In this document: positions 15,994 through 26,175 of the stretch, piece after piece | Position numbering within the stretch: the first letter of the stretch is position 1 | Layout of the letters: the number at the start of each line of letters is the position of its first letter | Assembly (NCBI GenBank): GCA_043809245.1 | Contig: JAZDDZ010000034.1 | Coordinates: 1-40,345 of the forward strand | Source of the DNA: Candidatus Iainarchaeum sp. | GTDB taxonomy: Archaea; Iainarchaeota; Iainarchaeia; Iainarchaeales; JAZDDZ01 | Direction of reading: 5' to 3' | Length of the DNA stretch: 40,345 nt | Program-made: the position numbers and the translations under genes | Notes under the pieces: model-generated | What the model saw: only the letters and a program-made list of their open reading frames with translations | What the model was told of the DNA's origin: nothing | Database searches by the model: none

Positions 15994-17102
15994 AGCGCTG
16001 CCTCCCTTAATGCTTCAAGGACACATTTATCGCTGACTTCAACTCCATAATCTCCTTTGAATGAAATCATTTTCCCGATTTTTTGCGGCAAAACGAATTT
16101 CACTTTTCCTCCAATGGCTTTCTTGTCGTGCTTCATTTCTGCAAGAATTTTTTTCGCGGAAATGCCTTTATGCAGTGTTGTGTTTAAGCCAAACTCTTCC
16201 AATAAAACCCTTATCCTTAGTCCGCTCACCCAGCTCAGGCATGAAACCATTTCCGCAACCAATGCCTCAGCGTGAAGGCCAATTGCAACCGCTTCGCCAT
16301 GGGAAAATTTTTTGAAGCCAGTGGCTGATTCAATCGCGTGCCCTATTGTGTGGCCGAAGTTTAAAATTCTGCGTAGATTCTCTTCCTTCTCGTCTTTTTC
16401 AACAACCTCTGCCTTTATCGCGCAGTTTTTTGCGATTATTTTTTCAAGAACAGCCTCGTCGCGCTTAAGTATATTCTTTACGTTGCTTTCAAGAAAAGAA
16501 AAAAGCCTTTCATCCGCTATGATTGCGTGCTTTACGACTTCGCTCAGGCCATTCCTTAACTCTTTTTCAGGCAGATTTTTCAGCAGCGAAACATCAATGA
16601 ACACTTTTTTCGGCTGGTAAAACGCACCGGAAAAATTTTTCCCTCCCTTGATGTCAACCCCGGTTTTTCCGCCGATGCTGGAGTCAACCATTGCCAAAAG
16701 AGTTGTGGGCACCTGTACAAAGGGGATTCCGCGCATGAATGTTGCGGCGCAAAAGCCAGCTAAGTCTCCTGTTACCCCTCCGCCCAATGCAATTATGCAG
16801 TCTTTTCTGTCAAAGCCTTTTGCCAGCATTTTTTCCTGCAGCTTTTCAACAGTAACAAGGGTCTTGTGCTTTTCTCCTGCGGGAAAAACAATCAATTCGC
16901 ACGCCAATTTAATGCCTTTCATTTCCCCTGCAAATTTTTTGCCGATTTTTTTTCCAACATTTGAGTCAGTGATTATGGCGTACCTATTCCCGTATTTCTT
17001 TTTTTTCAGCTCCGCAGGAATTTTTTTCAGCAGGTTCCTTCCGATAACTATTTCGTAGGAGCTGTCAAATTTTCCCCTTAGTTTTACCCTGACTTTCTTC
17101 AT
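15990..17102 (-). CDS. aroB: 3-dehydroquinate synthase
   Basis: GEKHK, ALGGGVTGDLAGF.AATFMRG, VPTTLLAMVDSSIGGKTG, LNFGHTIGHAIE, HGEAVAIG. Confidence 0.97.
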   Translation of the reverse strand: MKKVRVKLRGKFDSSYEIVIGRNLLKKIPAELKKKKYGNRYAIITDSNVGKKIGKKFAGEMKGIKLACELIVFPAGEKHKTLVTVEKLQEKMLAKGFDRKDCIIALGGGVTGDLAGFCAATFMRGIPFVQVPTTLLAMVDSSIGGKTGVDIKGGKNFSGAFYQPKKVFIDVSLLKNLPEKELRNGLSEVVKHAIIADERLFSFLESNVKNILKRDEAVLEKIIAKNCAIKAEVVEKDEKEENLRRILNFGHTIGHAIESATGFKKFSHGEAVAIGLHAEALVAEMVSCLSWVSGLRIRVLLEEFGLNTTLHKGISAKKILAEMKHDKKAIGGKVKFVLPQKIGKMISFKGDYGVEVSDKCVLEALREAAL

Positions 17103-18910
17103 TTAACCGCCTTTTTCACAATGCCTTTCCGCTTCAGCCAGCCTATTATCCTTTTTACATCCTTTGGAATGCTTGTATCAGTCGTGTCAACCGTGAAATC
17201 TGCTGCGCTTTCATAGCTTTTCCGCCTTTTTTCCTTCATGAACTTAATCTCTTCCAGTTCATCCTTATCCGTGAGCCTTGGCCTGTTCTTGTCTCCCTTA
17301 ATCCTTTCCAATGTTTTTTCTGCGGAAGCCTCCAGTAATATAATTACTGCGTTCTTTTTAAGGTTTTCAATGTTCTCAGGCATTTCAACCACGCCCCCTC
17401 CTGTTGCAATGACTGTCCCCTGCATTTCGCTTGCCTCTTCAACTATTTCTTTTTCAATTTCCCTGAAGCCCCGTTCTCCCTTATCCCTGAATATTTCCGG
17501 AACAGCCATTCCGCTCATTTCAACAATCATTTCATCAGTGTCAACGAAATCCATTTTTAGCTTTTCCGCCAGGAGCTCGCCAATCTTTCCCTTTCCCGTG
17601 CCCCTGTATCCAATCAGCGCAATGTTTTTTATCCTTCCAAGCGATTCAAGCACGCTGAAAAATTCCGGAAAGCTCTTGTTCACGCATTCAGGATTCCTTA
17701 TTTTCACGCCTTTAACCCTCAAACCCGCAACAGCGAAAGCCATTGCAATTCTGTGGTCATTATAGGTTTCAATTTCAGCGCCATGCAGGGCCTGCGCCCC
17801 TCCTGTGATTTCAATTCCATCCTTCAATTCCCTTGCCTTTGCCCCGATTCTTTTCAGTTCATTCACAGTTGCGGTTATCCTGTCGCTTTCCTTCAATCGC
17901 AGATTGCCTATGTTCTTTATCTTTGTTTTCCCCTTCGCGAAAGCGGCGACAACAGCAAGCGTCATCGCGACATCAGGCATTCCAGCCATCTCCACATTCA
18001 CTGCCTTCAATTTCCCTTTCTTCGGCCCGCTAACTTCAACAAAACCCCTTTCTTTTTTCACCATGCAGCCCATTTTTTTCAGAATTTCTAAAAATTTCCT
18101 GTCGCCCTGCGCGCTTTTCGGGTTAAGGTTTTCCACGCGCACGCTTCCGCCCGAAATTGCCGCTGCAGCGAAAAAATATGATGCACTGGAGTAATCGCCT
18201 TCAACAGCGTAATCCCTTGCCTTGTACCTCTGCCCTGCCTTCACAAGGAATTCCCTGTAGCCATTATTCCCCACTTTCACCCCAAAATCCTTCATTACCC
18301 CAATCGTCAATTCAATGTAAGGCTTTGAAGCAAGCTTTCCATTCACTTTAACCGAAACGTTTTTTTTCGCAAAAGGCGCAGCCAAAAGCAGCGAGCTGAG
18401 GTACTGCGAACTCTCCTCTCCTCTAAGCGAAGTTTTCCCGCCAATTAAGCCGCTGCCGAAAATCCTGTAAGGCGGGCAGCCGTTTTTCTTCACGCTTTCC
18501 GCTTTCACCCCCAGCTTTTTCAGCGCTTCAAGCAATTCTTTAATTGGCCTCTGCTGCATTCGCTTGTCGCCTGAAACCGTAACGCTTCCATTTTTTGCAA
18601 GCGCTGCAACCGATGCAAGAAACCTTGAAGTCACGCCTGAGTTGCCTACAAAAATTTCTTTTTCCGGCGCTGAGATTTCTCCACCTGAACCAAAAACAGT
18701 GGCTTCCTTCCCATTTATCTCTATTTTCACACCCAATGCCCTTAACGCATTGATTGCATGCAATTGGTCTTCCGCCAGAAGGCAGTTGTGCAGAGCGCTT
18801 TTTCCCCGCGCCAATGCGGCAACAAACAGTGCCCTCAAAGTGTAAGCCTTTGAGGGCGGCGCTGAAACAATCGCGTCCAATTTCTCCGCTGGCCTGATTT
18901 CAATCGACAC
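17099..18910 (-). CDS. aroA: EPSP synthase fused to a C-terminal bacterial-type shikimate kinase (AroA-AroK)
   Basis: PPSKAY..R, GNSG..SRF, RM.QRP, SSQYLS, LRLKESDR, DHRIAM, KSFPEFF, then NIALIGYRGTGK, DTD, GE..FR..E, ATGGG. GTG start at 18910 follows a GGTGA SD; the ORF-track start at 18955 overlaps the HEPN gene. Confidence 0.93.
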   Translation of the reverse strand: MSIEIRPAEKLDAIVSAPPSKAYTLRALFVAALARGKSALHNCLLAEDQLHAINALRALGVKIEINGKEATVFGSGGEISAPEKEIFVGNSGVTSRFLASVAALAKNGSVTVSGDKRMQQRPIKELLEALKKLGVKAESVKKNGCPPYRIFGSGLIGGKTSLRGEESSQYLSSLLLAAPFAKKNVSVKVNGKLASKPYIELTIGVMKDFGVKVGNNGYREFLVKAGQRYKARDYAVEGDYSSASYFFAAAAISGGSVRVENLNPKSAQGDRKFLEILKKMGCMVKKERGFVEVSGPKKGKLKAVNVEMAGMPDVAMTLAVVAAFAKGKTKIKNIGNLRLKESDRITATVNELKRIGAKARELKDGIEITGGAQALHGAEIETYNDHRIAMAFAVAGLRVKGVKIRNPECVNKSFPEFFSVLESLGRIKNIALIGYRGTGKGKIGELLAEKLKMDFVDTDEMIVEMSGMAVPEIFRDKGERGFREIEKEIVEEASEMQGTVIATGGGVVEMPENIENLKKNAVIILLEASAEKTLERIKGDKNRPRLTDKDELEEIKFMKEKRRKSYESAADFTVDTTDTSIPKDVKRIIGWLKRKGIVKKAVK

Positions 18911-18914
18911 GTTT

Positions 18915-19355
18915 TCACCTTTTTTGCGCATTAGCCAATTTTTCAACCGCTTCAATGAATTCCCTGCAGAATTCGATCATTTCCTCTGCATCTTCTTCGT
19001 TTGGCGAATAACTGACGTCGTATTGCGTGTGGCTTCTTTCGGCCTTGAACCTGTCAAGAAGGTCTATGAATGTTTCCGGCAACAATTTTGCTTTGGCGTA
19101 TTTTTCTTCAAGGTAACGGATGACGCACTCGTGGCTTTTCTCTGTCAAGCCATCCTTGAAAAGAAGCGCTCTGGCGGCATGAAATAATGCAAGGTAGGAT
19201 ACAATCACTGCGGAATTTATTCTTCCGTCGCCGAGGTCTGCTTCCGCCTCAGTAAGCAGTTCTTCCGCTTTCCCTATGCTTTGCATTGCCTTTTGCTTTG
19301 AAGCGGGAATTCGCTTGAGCAATCCCTGTTTAAGGCATTCTTCAACGTTAATCAA
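18915..19355 (-). CDS. HEPN domain protein (toxin partner of MNT)
   Basis: A..L..A..DL.....NSAV..SY.A.FHAARALL...G..EKSH, R...QY. Probable TTG start at 19355 overlapping the MNT stop. Confidence 0.85.
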   Translation of the reverse strand: MINVEECLKQGLLKRIPASKQKAMQSIGKAEELLTEAEADLGDGRINSAVIVSYLALFHAARALLFKDGLTEKSHECVIRYLEEKYAKAKLLPETFIDLLDRFKAERSHTQYDVSYSPNEEDAEEMIEFCREFIEAVEKLANAQKR

Positions 19356-19893
19356 CCTGCTCGCCCTCCAATACAAAAGAATTATGCAAAGTGCAGTAAA
19401 AAACAAAATCTTTCTCTTTCAATTCCGTCAGTCTTTTGTCGTTCAATACAATAATATTCGGTTCAACCGCCAGCCTTTCCTTCAGCTCTTTTCTCAGTTT
19501 CGCTAGCCCTCCGCGTTCAACCTGCTTTTCAACCCTGACCCACAAGTCTAAGTCGCTGTCCTCATAGTTTAACCCATTGGCCCAGCTACCGTAGATTCCA
19601 ATGCCTTTCACGCCTTTAACCGACTTTTTAATCAAATCAATTGCTTTCTTTTTTCTAAGAAGGTTAACATTGAACAAAAGCTTCAAAGCCCTGATTCTCG
19701 GGTCGAACAGGTTAAGCTTTTCCTCTGCAAGCCCCCCTTCCTTGATTCCCTTGATGAAAATTGAAGCAAGCGCAGGGCTAACCGATACCTCTTTAGCCAG
19801 CTTTCTTGCGGACAGCTCGGCATTCGGATGATTTAAAATGAATTCCGCAATCGCCATCTTCTTGTCTGAGGAAAAAAACTCGCTGAGTTCCAT
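19348..19893 (-). CDS. HTH-fused minimal nucleotidyltransferase (MNT antitoxin)
   Basis: N-terminal HTH (ARKLAKEVSVSPA) and IYGSWANG.NYEDSDLDL nucleotidyltransferase motif. Confidence 0.88.
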   Translation of the reverse strand: MELSEFFSSDKKMAIAEFILNHPNAELSARKLAKEVSVSPALASIFIKGIKEGGLAEEKLNLFDPRIRALKLLFNVNLLRKKKAIDLIKKSVKGVKGIGIYGSWANGLNYEDSDLDLWVRVEKQVERGGLAKLRKELKERLAVEPNIIVLNDKRLTELKEKDFVFYCTLHNSFVLEGEQVD

Positions 19894-19907
19894 AAACAAA
19901 AAATGCC

Positions 19908-19970
19908 TGTTTACGTTTTATAAACATATTGTTTACGATTCATAAACATTTTGTTTACGTTTTGTAAACA
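19908..19970. repeat. Three tandem 19-bp palindromic boxes TGTTTA-N7-TAAACA with 22-bp period (probable MNT-HEPN operator array)
   Basis: TGTTTACGTTTTATAAACA (19908-19926), TGTTTACGATTCATAAACA (19930-19948), TGTTTACGTTTTGTAAACA (19952-19970), immediately upstream of the HTH-MNT start. Confidence 0.8.
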
Positions 19971-20764
19971 GCGGCTTTCTTCATTTCTGCAAGGTATGCG
20001 CCTAATTCTTCAAGCATCTTTTCACAGTTGCCAATGTTTCTCTCAATGATTTTTTCCACCGCGCTTCCCACAATCGCGCAGTCAGCCCCCGCAGCGCAAA
20101 CCGCCTGAACGTGCTCCTGCTTTGAAATTCCAAAACCAACGCACAAAGGCAGCTTTGTGTGCGGCCTGACCTTTTTTATCAGGGAAACTGTTTCAGTGCC
20201 CAATTCGCTTCTCTCACCCGTAATTCCAAGCAATGAAACAAGGTAAACAAAGCCCGAAGCCTTTGACAAAATTTTTTTCATGCGCTGCGGCGTAATTGTT
20301 GGCGTCACCAAAAAAACCTGGTTCAAGCCCGATTTTTTTGCTGCCTTCAAAAGCGGTTTAGATTCCTCAACCGGCGCATCAGCTGCAAGAACTGCGTCAA
20401 CTCCCGCTTCCTTTGCCTTTGCGTAAAATGCGTCAATTCCGTTTGAGTAAATTAAATTGTAATACACAAGCAGCCCGATTGGAATTTCCGCATCCAGTTT
20501 CCTGATCTCATTAATAAGTTCAAAGCACTTATCTGAATTCATTCCATTCGCCAAAGACCTTGTGTCCGCTGCCTGGATTGTTTTTCCGTCAGCAATCGGG
20601 TCAGAGAAAGGGAAACCCAACTCCAACGCGTCCGCGTGCTTGAGCAATTCCTTCACAATCTCAAGAGATGTCTCATAATCAGGGTCGCCTAAAACAACAA
20701 ACGGCATCAAACCCTTTTCGCCTTTTTTGCGCAGCTCCGCAAAGCGTTTTTCATAGCGGTTCAT
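19955..20764 (-). CDS. trpA: Tryptophan synthase alpha subunit
   Basis: PFVVLGDP, LELGFPFSDPIADGKTIQ.A, LLVYYN, YLVS..GITG, VGFGIS, IVGSA. Confidence 0.97.
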   Translation of the reverse strand: MNRYEKRFAELRKKGEKGLMPFVVLGDPDYETSLEIVKELLKHADALELGFPFSDPIADGKTIQAADTRSLANGMNSDKCFELINEIRKLDAEIPIGLLVYYNLIYSNGIDAFYAKAKEAGVDAVLAADAPVEESKPLLKAAKKSGLNQVFLVTPTITPQRMKKILSKASGFVYLVSLLGITGERSELGTETVSLIKKVRPHTKLPLCVGFGISKQEHVQAVCAAGADCAIVGSAVEKIIERNIGNCEKMLEELGAYLAEMKKAAVYKT

Positions 20765-21501
20765 TTTACACGCCTCCTTCCAAAAAGGGTCATTTTTTTC
20801 TTTACCTTTAGTCTCGGTTTACCCGGGATTGGGGCGGTTTTTTTTATTTTGTGGGCTGGAATTCCATAAAGAATCTCCGTTGTCCTCGGGTTTATTTCCA
20901 AGCGCCTGCCATTCCTGAAAAGATTTTTATATAATACAAAAGGAATGTTTCTAAGGGTGCCGCGTTCCTTATCGTAATGAATTTTTGGTTCCCTCGTTGA
21001 AAATTCACTGCGGAGTTCCGGTATATCTAATGCTCTAACCAAGTTTCCCATCATGTCAGGCAGGCAAGGGCATGAGGCAATCACGGTTTCACCATGCCCT
21101 TCAATCCTTAATTTTTTTTTGTCAAAAGACAAATTTTTACGTTCAATGGCTTCGCGGAACATTTGGGGCGATATATCAAGGAATGAATTCCCTGAGAGCA
21201 CGATAAGCCTTTCTTTCGGGATATGCGTAATTAAGTATTTGAATAACCTGTCCTGCCTCGGGATCCTTTCTTCATTCATTACCAAAAAAAATGCAGTGTT
21301 TGGATTAGAGAACTTGCTTTTCATATCCCTGCCTATTTGATTGGCTATTTCTGCGGCTAATTTTTGTGGATTTATTGAATAGTTTCTAAAATTAAGGGTT
21401 TCATAATATGTTTCACCTTTTTCGCTTTCAGGATCCACAAGCAATCCGAATGCAGGATGCACAATCAATTCAATCTTGTCAATTGGGATCGGCTTGCTCA
21501 A
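20761..21501 (-). CDS. Hypothetical ORFan inserted between trpB and trpA
   Basis: Long open frame. Probable TTG start at 21501 overlaps the trpB TGA (TTGA), and the stop overlaps the trpA ATG (ATGA). AT-richer codons; no family recognised. Confidence 0.65.
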   Translation of the reverse strand: MSKPIPIDKIELIVHPAFGLLVDPESEKGETYYETLNFRNYSINPQKLAAEIANQIGRDMKSKFSNPNTAFFLVMNEERIPRQDRLFKYLITHIPKERLIVLSGNSFLDISPQMFREAIERKNLSFDKKKLRIEGHGETVIASCPCLPDMMGNLVRALDIPELRSEFSTREPKIHYDKERGTLRNIPFVLYKNLFRNGRRLEINPRTTEILYGIPAHKIKKTAPIPGKPRLKVKKKMTLFGRRRVK

Positions 21502-22691
21502 ATCTCTTCCCCCGATAATTCTTTTGCCGCGTGGAAAATGTCCTTGTCCCCGCGGCCGCTTAAATTGATTATTATTATGTCGTTTTTTTTGCATTTTTTC
21601 GCGTACTTGACAGCGTAAGCCATTGCGTGCGCTGATTCAAGCGCGGGAATAACGCCTTCCTCTTCGCTTAACAGCTTGAACGCATCAAGCGCTTCCTTGT
21701 CTGTTGCGTAAGTGTATTTCGCCCTTCCCATTTCACGCAGCATTGAGTGCTCAGGCCCAACTGCACTGTAATCCAATCCAGCGCTCACGGAATGCGTGTT
21801 GAAAATCTGACCGAACTTGTCCTGCAAAACATAAGTCAGTGTGCCGTGCAATACGCCTTTCCTTCCGAATTTTGGGTCAGCGAACCTTGCCGCGTGCTTT
21901 CCGCTTTCAATCCCCAAGCCGCCTGCTTCAACTCCAATCAATTCCACGCCTTTGTCATCCAAAAAGCCCTTGAATATTCCAATCGCATTGCTTCCGCCTC
22001 CCACGCATGCAATAACCGCTTTCGGAAGCCTTCCCTCTCTTTGCATTATCTGTTTTCTTGCCTCTTTCCCGATGCAGCTCTGGAAGTATGCAACCATTGA
22101 AGGGTAAGGGTGGGGGCCCAAAACAGAGCCAAGCAAGTAATGCGTTGTCCTGACGCTTGCAGTCCAGTCACGCAGGCATTCGTTGATTGCATCCTTCAAT
22201 GTCTTTGAGCCGGTTGCAACCGGATTAACCTTTGCTCCCTGCAGCCTCATTCTGAAGACATTGGGCTTTTGCCTTTCAATGTCAACCGTGCCCATATAAA
22301 TTTCCGCGTCCAAGCCGAGCTTTGCGCCTGCAGTTGCAACCGCTGTGCCGTGCTGGCCTGCGCCTGTTTCCGCGATGATTCTTTTCTTGCCCATTTTTTT
22401 TGCCAAGAGCGCCTGCCCAAGTGCGTTGTTTATTTTGTGCGCGCCTGTGTGAGCCAAGTCCTCGCGTTTAAGGTAGACTTTGCACCCTAACTTTCTGCTT
22501 AAATTGTCAGAAAATGTCAGCGCTGTTGGCCTTCCCACGTAATCCTTGAGCAGGCCGTCAAGCTCTTTGTTGAATTTCTTGTCTTTCTTGAACTTCAAAA
22601 AAGCGGCTTCAAGCTCCTCTAACGCGGGCATAAGCGTTTCCGGCACGAATACCCCGCCATAGCCTCCGCGAAATTTTCCAAGCGATTTCAT
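21498..22691 (-). CDS. trpB: Tryptophan synthase beta subunit (TrpB1)
   Basis: [66 protein letters not shown]. Confidence 0.98.
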   Translation of the reverse strand: MKSLGKFRGGYGGVFVPETLMPALEELEAAFLKFKKDKKFNKELDGLLKDYVGRPTALTFSDNLSRKLGCKVYLKREDLAHTGAHKINNALGQALLAKKMGKKRIIAETGAGQHGTAVATAGAKLGLDAEIYMGTVDIERQKPNVFRMRLQGAKVNPVATGSKTLKDAINECLRDWTASVRTTHYLLGSVLGPHPYPSMVAYFQSCIGKEARKQIMQREGRLPKAVIACVGGGSNAIGIFKGFLDDKGVELIGVEAGGLGIESGKHAARFADPKFGRKGVLHGTLTYVLQDKFGQIFNTHSVSAGLDYSAVGPEHSMLREMGRAKYTYATDKEALDAFKLLSEEEGVIPALESAHAMAYAVKYAKKCKKNDIIIINLSGRGDKDIFHAAKELSGEEI

Positions 22692-24073
22692 TTGCGCGCC
22701 TCCATTATATTATTCAGCAACCTATTTAATTTCCTTTCACTTTTTTCCCCGGGCTTTTCTTCTGCGCCTGAAGCGACATCAATGCAGTAAGGCTTGAATG
22801 TGCGAAGAATTCCTTTAACGTTTTCAGGTGTTATTCCGCCTGCGAGAAAAACCTTTTTCCCGTGCATTTTCTTCAGTTCCATTAAGATTTTGGCATTGAC
22901 TTTTTTTCCTGTCCCGCCGTAAAAGCCTTCTTTTTTTGCGTCAATCAATACAAGTTCGTTTTTGAATGCATTGGCAGCGCTTAAGTCCGCTGCATTTTCC
23001 GCGCGGATTGCCTTGAACCCGTTTGGGAAAGAATTCACAAAAGCCGTGCTTTCGTCTCCCGAGAACTGCAGCATCTGCACGCCGCTTTCTCTTGCAATTT
23101 TCCCTACTTCTTCCTTGGAGTGGTTTACAAAAACCCCGACTGGAACAGCCTTTCCTTTCAGCCCTGAAATTATTTTTTTCGCCTTTTCCGGCACAACATA
23201 TCTTGGGCTTTCTTTGAAAAAATTAAAGCCAATGAAGTCCGCGCCGCTTTCCTCGCACATTTTTGCATCCACTGCATTGGTTATCCCGCATATTTTCACC
23301 AATGGAATTCCCTTCAGTTCCTTCAGCTTCGATTCGAGGTTTCGCGCTTTCATTAGCGCCGAGCCGACAAGCACTGCATCAGCCTTTCCTTCAATCGCTT
23401 CAATCTGCTGCCTTTCGCTGAAGCCGCTTTCCGCAACCAATGCAAGGGAATTTTTTTTTCTTTTAGGGATAAGCTTCTCCATCTTGTCGAAATTTTTAGG
23501 ATTTACTTTAAGGGAATGCAGGTCGCGGTTGTTTATTCCAACAATTTTTGCCCTGCTTTTCAGCACTTTCCGCAATGAATTAGGGCACTCGCATTCAACA
23601 ACAGCATCCATTCCAAGCGATTCCGTAAAGGAAATCAGGGAATTCAGCTTTTCCAGCGGCACGAGATTTGAAATGAGCAGAACAGCGTCAGCGCCGTTCT
23701 CCCTGAGCCCGATTATCTGCCTTGCGTCAATTACAAAGTCCTTTGCAAGAACCGGAAGTTTTGTGTTTTGCTTCACTTCGCGCAAAAGCGAGAGGCTGCC
23801 GTTGAAAAATTTCGGTTCAGTGACAACTGAAACCGCGTCCGCATACTTTCCGTAAACCGCAAGAGTTTCCTTCAGGTTAATTTCCTTTCTCAATTCGCCC
23901 GCGCTAGGCGAAGCCTTCTTTATTTCCGCAATCAGCCGCAATCCTTTTTTCCTGCCGCCTGAAACCGCCCTAATGAACGAATGGCCTGCCTTTTTCACTT
24001 CCTTCATCACAAAACTGTTTTCTCCGGCAAGTTCTTTTCGCTTGATTTCCCTTATTTTGTCCAAAAAATTCAT
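22688..24073 (-). CDS. trpCF: Fused indole-3-glycerol-phosphate synthase / phosphoribosylanthranilate isomerase (TrpC-TrpF)
   Basis: [38 protein letters not shown], followed by [38 protein letters not shown]. Confidence 0.93.
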   Translation of the reverse strand: MNFLDKIREIKRKELAGENSFVMKEVKKAGHSFIRAVSGGRKKGLRLIAEIKKASPSAGELRKEINLKETLAVYGKYADAVSVVTEPKFFNGSLSLLREVKQNTKLPVLAKDFVIDARQIIGLRENGADAVLLISNLVPLEKLNSLISFTESLGMDAVVECECPNSLRKVLKSRAKIVGINNRDLHSLKVNPKNFDKMEKLIPKRKKNSLALVAESGFSERQQIEAIEGKADAVLVGSALMKARNLESKLKELKGIPLVKICGITNAVDAKMCEESGADFIGFNFFKESPRYVVPEKAKKIISGLKGKAVPVGVFVNHSKEEVGKIARESGVQMLQFSGDESTAFVNSFPNGFKAIRAENAADLSAANAFKNELVLIDAKKEGFYGGTGKKVNAKILMELKKMHGKKVFLAGGITPENVKGILRTFKPYCIDVASGAEEKPGEKSERKLNRLLNNIMEARK

Positions 24074-25092
24074 TTGTTGCTCGCCCCTTTCAGTTGCTCC
24101 AGCTTTTTCAGCGCTGCGCCGGAATCAATTGATTTTTCCGCTGCCTTAATTCCTTTCGCAATTGTTTTCGTTTTCCCGTTCGCGTAAATTGCCGCGCCGG
24201 CGTTAAGCAAAACAATCTCTTTTTTTGCGCCTTTTTCCCTTCCTTCAAGCAGTCCCCTGATTACTGCGGCGCTTTCATCAGCGTTTTTCACCTGCAGTTC
24301 CCCAAGCGACGCTTTCCTGAAGCCGAATTCAGCTGCATCAATGGAATATTTCCTTATCTTCCCGCCCGCCACTTCAAAAACAATGTTCTCGCCTTCCAGC
24401 GTACTCAATTCATCCATTTTTCCCGAGGCGCCGTTTGCCACAAGCGCTTTTTCCACTTTGACAAGCTGGAGCGCTTTCGCGATTTTTTCCGCCATTTCAA
24501 TGCTGTAAACTCCGACAAGCCGTGTTTCCGCGTTCGCAGGGTTAACCAATGGGCCGAGAATATTGAAAATCGTCCTCACACCCAATTCTTTTCTAACAGG
24601 CATTGCGTGCTTCATCGCCTGATGGCAGCAAGGCGCAAACAAAAAGCCAATGCCAACTTTTTCAATTATCCCTGCAACTTTTTCCGCTGGCAAATCAACT
24701 TTCACTCCAAGTTTCTCAAGCACATCCGCACTTCCCGAGCCACTTGAAACCGCGCGGTTTCCGTGCTTTGCGACAATGCATCCAGCGCCCGCTGCAACAA
24801 ACGCTGCTGCGGTGCTGATGTTAAACGTATTCAGTTTGTCGCCGCCAGTGCCGCACGTGTCCAGCAGCTTTCCCTTCACTTTCGGCTTTACCGCGCTCAT
24901 AACCGCCTGCATTGACTTCACTCCAGCGGCAATTTCCCCGGGTGTTTCGCCTTTCACTCTCAAGCCAATGAGAAACGCGGAAATCTGCGCAGGCGTTGCC
25001 TCTCCGCGCATTATTTCATCAAAGGCTGCTTTTGCCTCTGCTTCGCTCAAATTTTTTCCTTCAACCAGTTTCGCGATGCATTCCTGAATCAT
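24070..25092 (-). CDS. trpD: Anthranilate phosphoribosyltransferase
   Basis: DTCGTGGD..TFNIST, AKHGNRAVSS.SGSADVLE, RTIFNILGPL.NP, DELS. Confidence 0.97.
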   Translation of the reverse strand: MIQECIAKLVEGKNLSEAEAKAAFDEIMRGEATPAQISAFLIGLRVKGETPGEIAAGVKSMQAVMSAVKPKVKGKLLDTCGTGGDKLNTFNISTAAAFVAAGAGCIVAKHGNRAVSSGSGSADVLEKLGVKVDLPAEKVAGIIEKVGIGFLFAPCCHQAMKHAMPVRKELGVRTIFNILGPLVNPANAETRLVGVYSIEMAEKIAKALQLVKVEKALVANGASGKMDELSTLEGENIVFEVAGGKIRKYSIDAAEFGFRKASLGELQVKNADESAAVIRGLLEGREKGAKKEIVLLNAGAAIYANGKTKTIAKGIKAAEKSIDSGAALKKLEQLKGASNK

Positions 25093-25096
25093 TTTT

Positions 25097-25603
25097 TCAC
25101 AGCCCTAATTCATCCATAAGCTTTCTTACTTCTTCGATATATAACCTATTAATTAGATTAGTCTTGGCGTGCATGCTGTATTGTTTTTCTGTTTCCAAAA
25201 AAATTCTTTTAACAATCGCATCATAACATTCCCCTGTTTTTCTTGTTATTTCTTCAGATGGTTTGCCTACAATGCGCCTTCCTTCAGTTAGTGCCGAGCT
25301 GTTCTGTGCGGCTGCTTCATGCTTTGATACTTTTTCAAGCAGTAGGTTCCATAAGATCGCCCCGACATTGTTTAGTGCGCTTTTATATGAAGCCATTTTA
25401 AATGGCGCGATTACTCCTGCATTTTTTATAATTTTGTAGGATTCATCAAGCCGTGTTATTTTCTCTTCAATGAGTTTCCTTGCATTTTCTTTGTGTGCAA
25501 TGTTTGCAAACTTTTTCATGGCAATTTTAACGGGAATTGCGCTAATCCTATACGTTAAGTTTGAAGTCATTCTCTTTATGCGGGGCATTATCTTTCCCAT
25601 CAA
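25097..25603 (-). CDS. Hypothetical ORFan inserted between trpG and trpD
   Basis: 168-aa basic, probably helical ORF whose start overlaps the trpG stop (TTGATG). AT-richer codons; no family recognised. Confidence 0.6.
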   Translation of the reverse strand: MMGKIMPRIKRMTSNLTYRISAIPVKIAMKKFANIAHKENARKLIEEKITRLDESYKIIKNAGVIAPFKMASYKSALNNVGAILWNLLLEKVSKHEAAAQNSSALTEGRRIVGKPSEEITRKTGECYDAIVKRIFLETEKQYSMHAKTNLINRLYIEEVRKLMDELGL

Positions 25604-26175
25604 ATCAACCCAATCAAGTTTTCAATTATTTTTCCGCCTTCGGGTGTCATAATGCTTTCCGGGTGGAACTGCACTCCCTCAACAAAGTATTTTTTGTGCC
25701 TTACAGCCATAACAACTCCGCTCTCGGTTTTCGCAGTAACCTTTAACTCGGAAGGAATTTTCAGGCCTGAAAGCGAATGGTAGCGGCCAGCCTGAAAAGG
25801 GTTCTCCAGGCCGTTGAATATATGCTCGTTGTCATGTGAAATCATTGAAGGCTTTCCATGGATTGTTTCAGGGCACTTGCCCACAATTCCCCCAAACGCC
25901 TCAACAATCGCCTGGTGCCCCAAGCACACGCCTAAAATAGGCAGCACGCCCTTGAATTCCCTAATAACTTCAAGGGAAATTCCAGCATCCTTTGGCGCAC
26001 TCGGCCCCGGGGAAATCACTATCAACTTCGGCTTGAATTCCTTAACCACTTCGTAAATTTTTTCCATCGGCGTATTGTTCCTGTAAACCAATACATTGCA
26101 TCCGCGCTTTTCAAATTCATCAACCAAATTGTAGGTGAAAGAGTCAAAGTTGTCAATGAACAAAATGTTTTTCAT
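25600..26175 (-). CDS. trpG: Anthranilate synthase component II (glutamine amidotransferase)
   Basis: IDNFDSFTYNL, ISPGP, GVCLGHQ, RYHSL, GVQFHPES. Confidence 0.96.
   Translation of the reverse strand: MKNILFIDNFDSFTYNLVDEFEKRGCNVLVYRNNTPMEKIYEVVKEFKPKLIVISPGPSAPKDAGISLEVIREFKGVLPILGVCLGHQAIVEAFGGIVGKCPETIHGKPSMISHDNEHIFNGLENPFQAGRYHSLSGLKIPSELKVTAKTESGVVMAVRHKKYFVEGVQFHPESIMTPEGGKIIENLIGLI

Noticed and set aside
19908-19970. Possible mini-CRISPR array
   Set aside because: Repeats are 19 bp separated by only 3 nt, with no spacers or cas genes; an operator array fits better.
21502-21594. N-terminal extensions in the ORF track (also 18911-18955, 19356-19406, 36733-36762)
   Set aside because: They overlap upstream genes; SD position and short stop/start overlaps favour the downstream starts.
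22962-23855. Long antisense ORFs (297 aa here; also 12902-13498, 13540-14154, 29557-30120, 31789-32376 and others)
   Set aside because: Shadow frames opposite well-conserved genes, with no recognisable motifs or translation signals.
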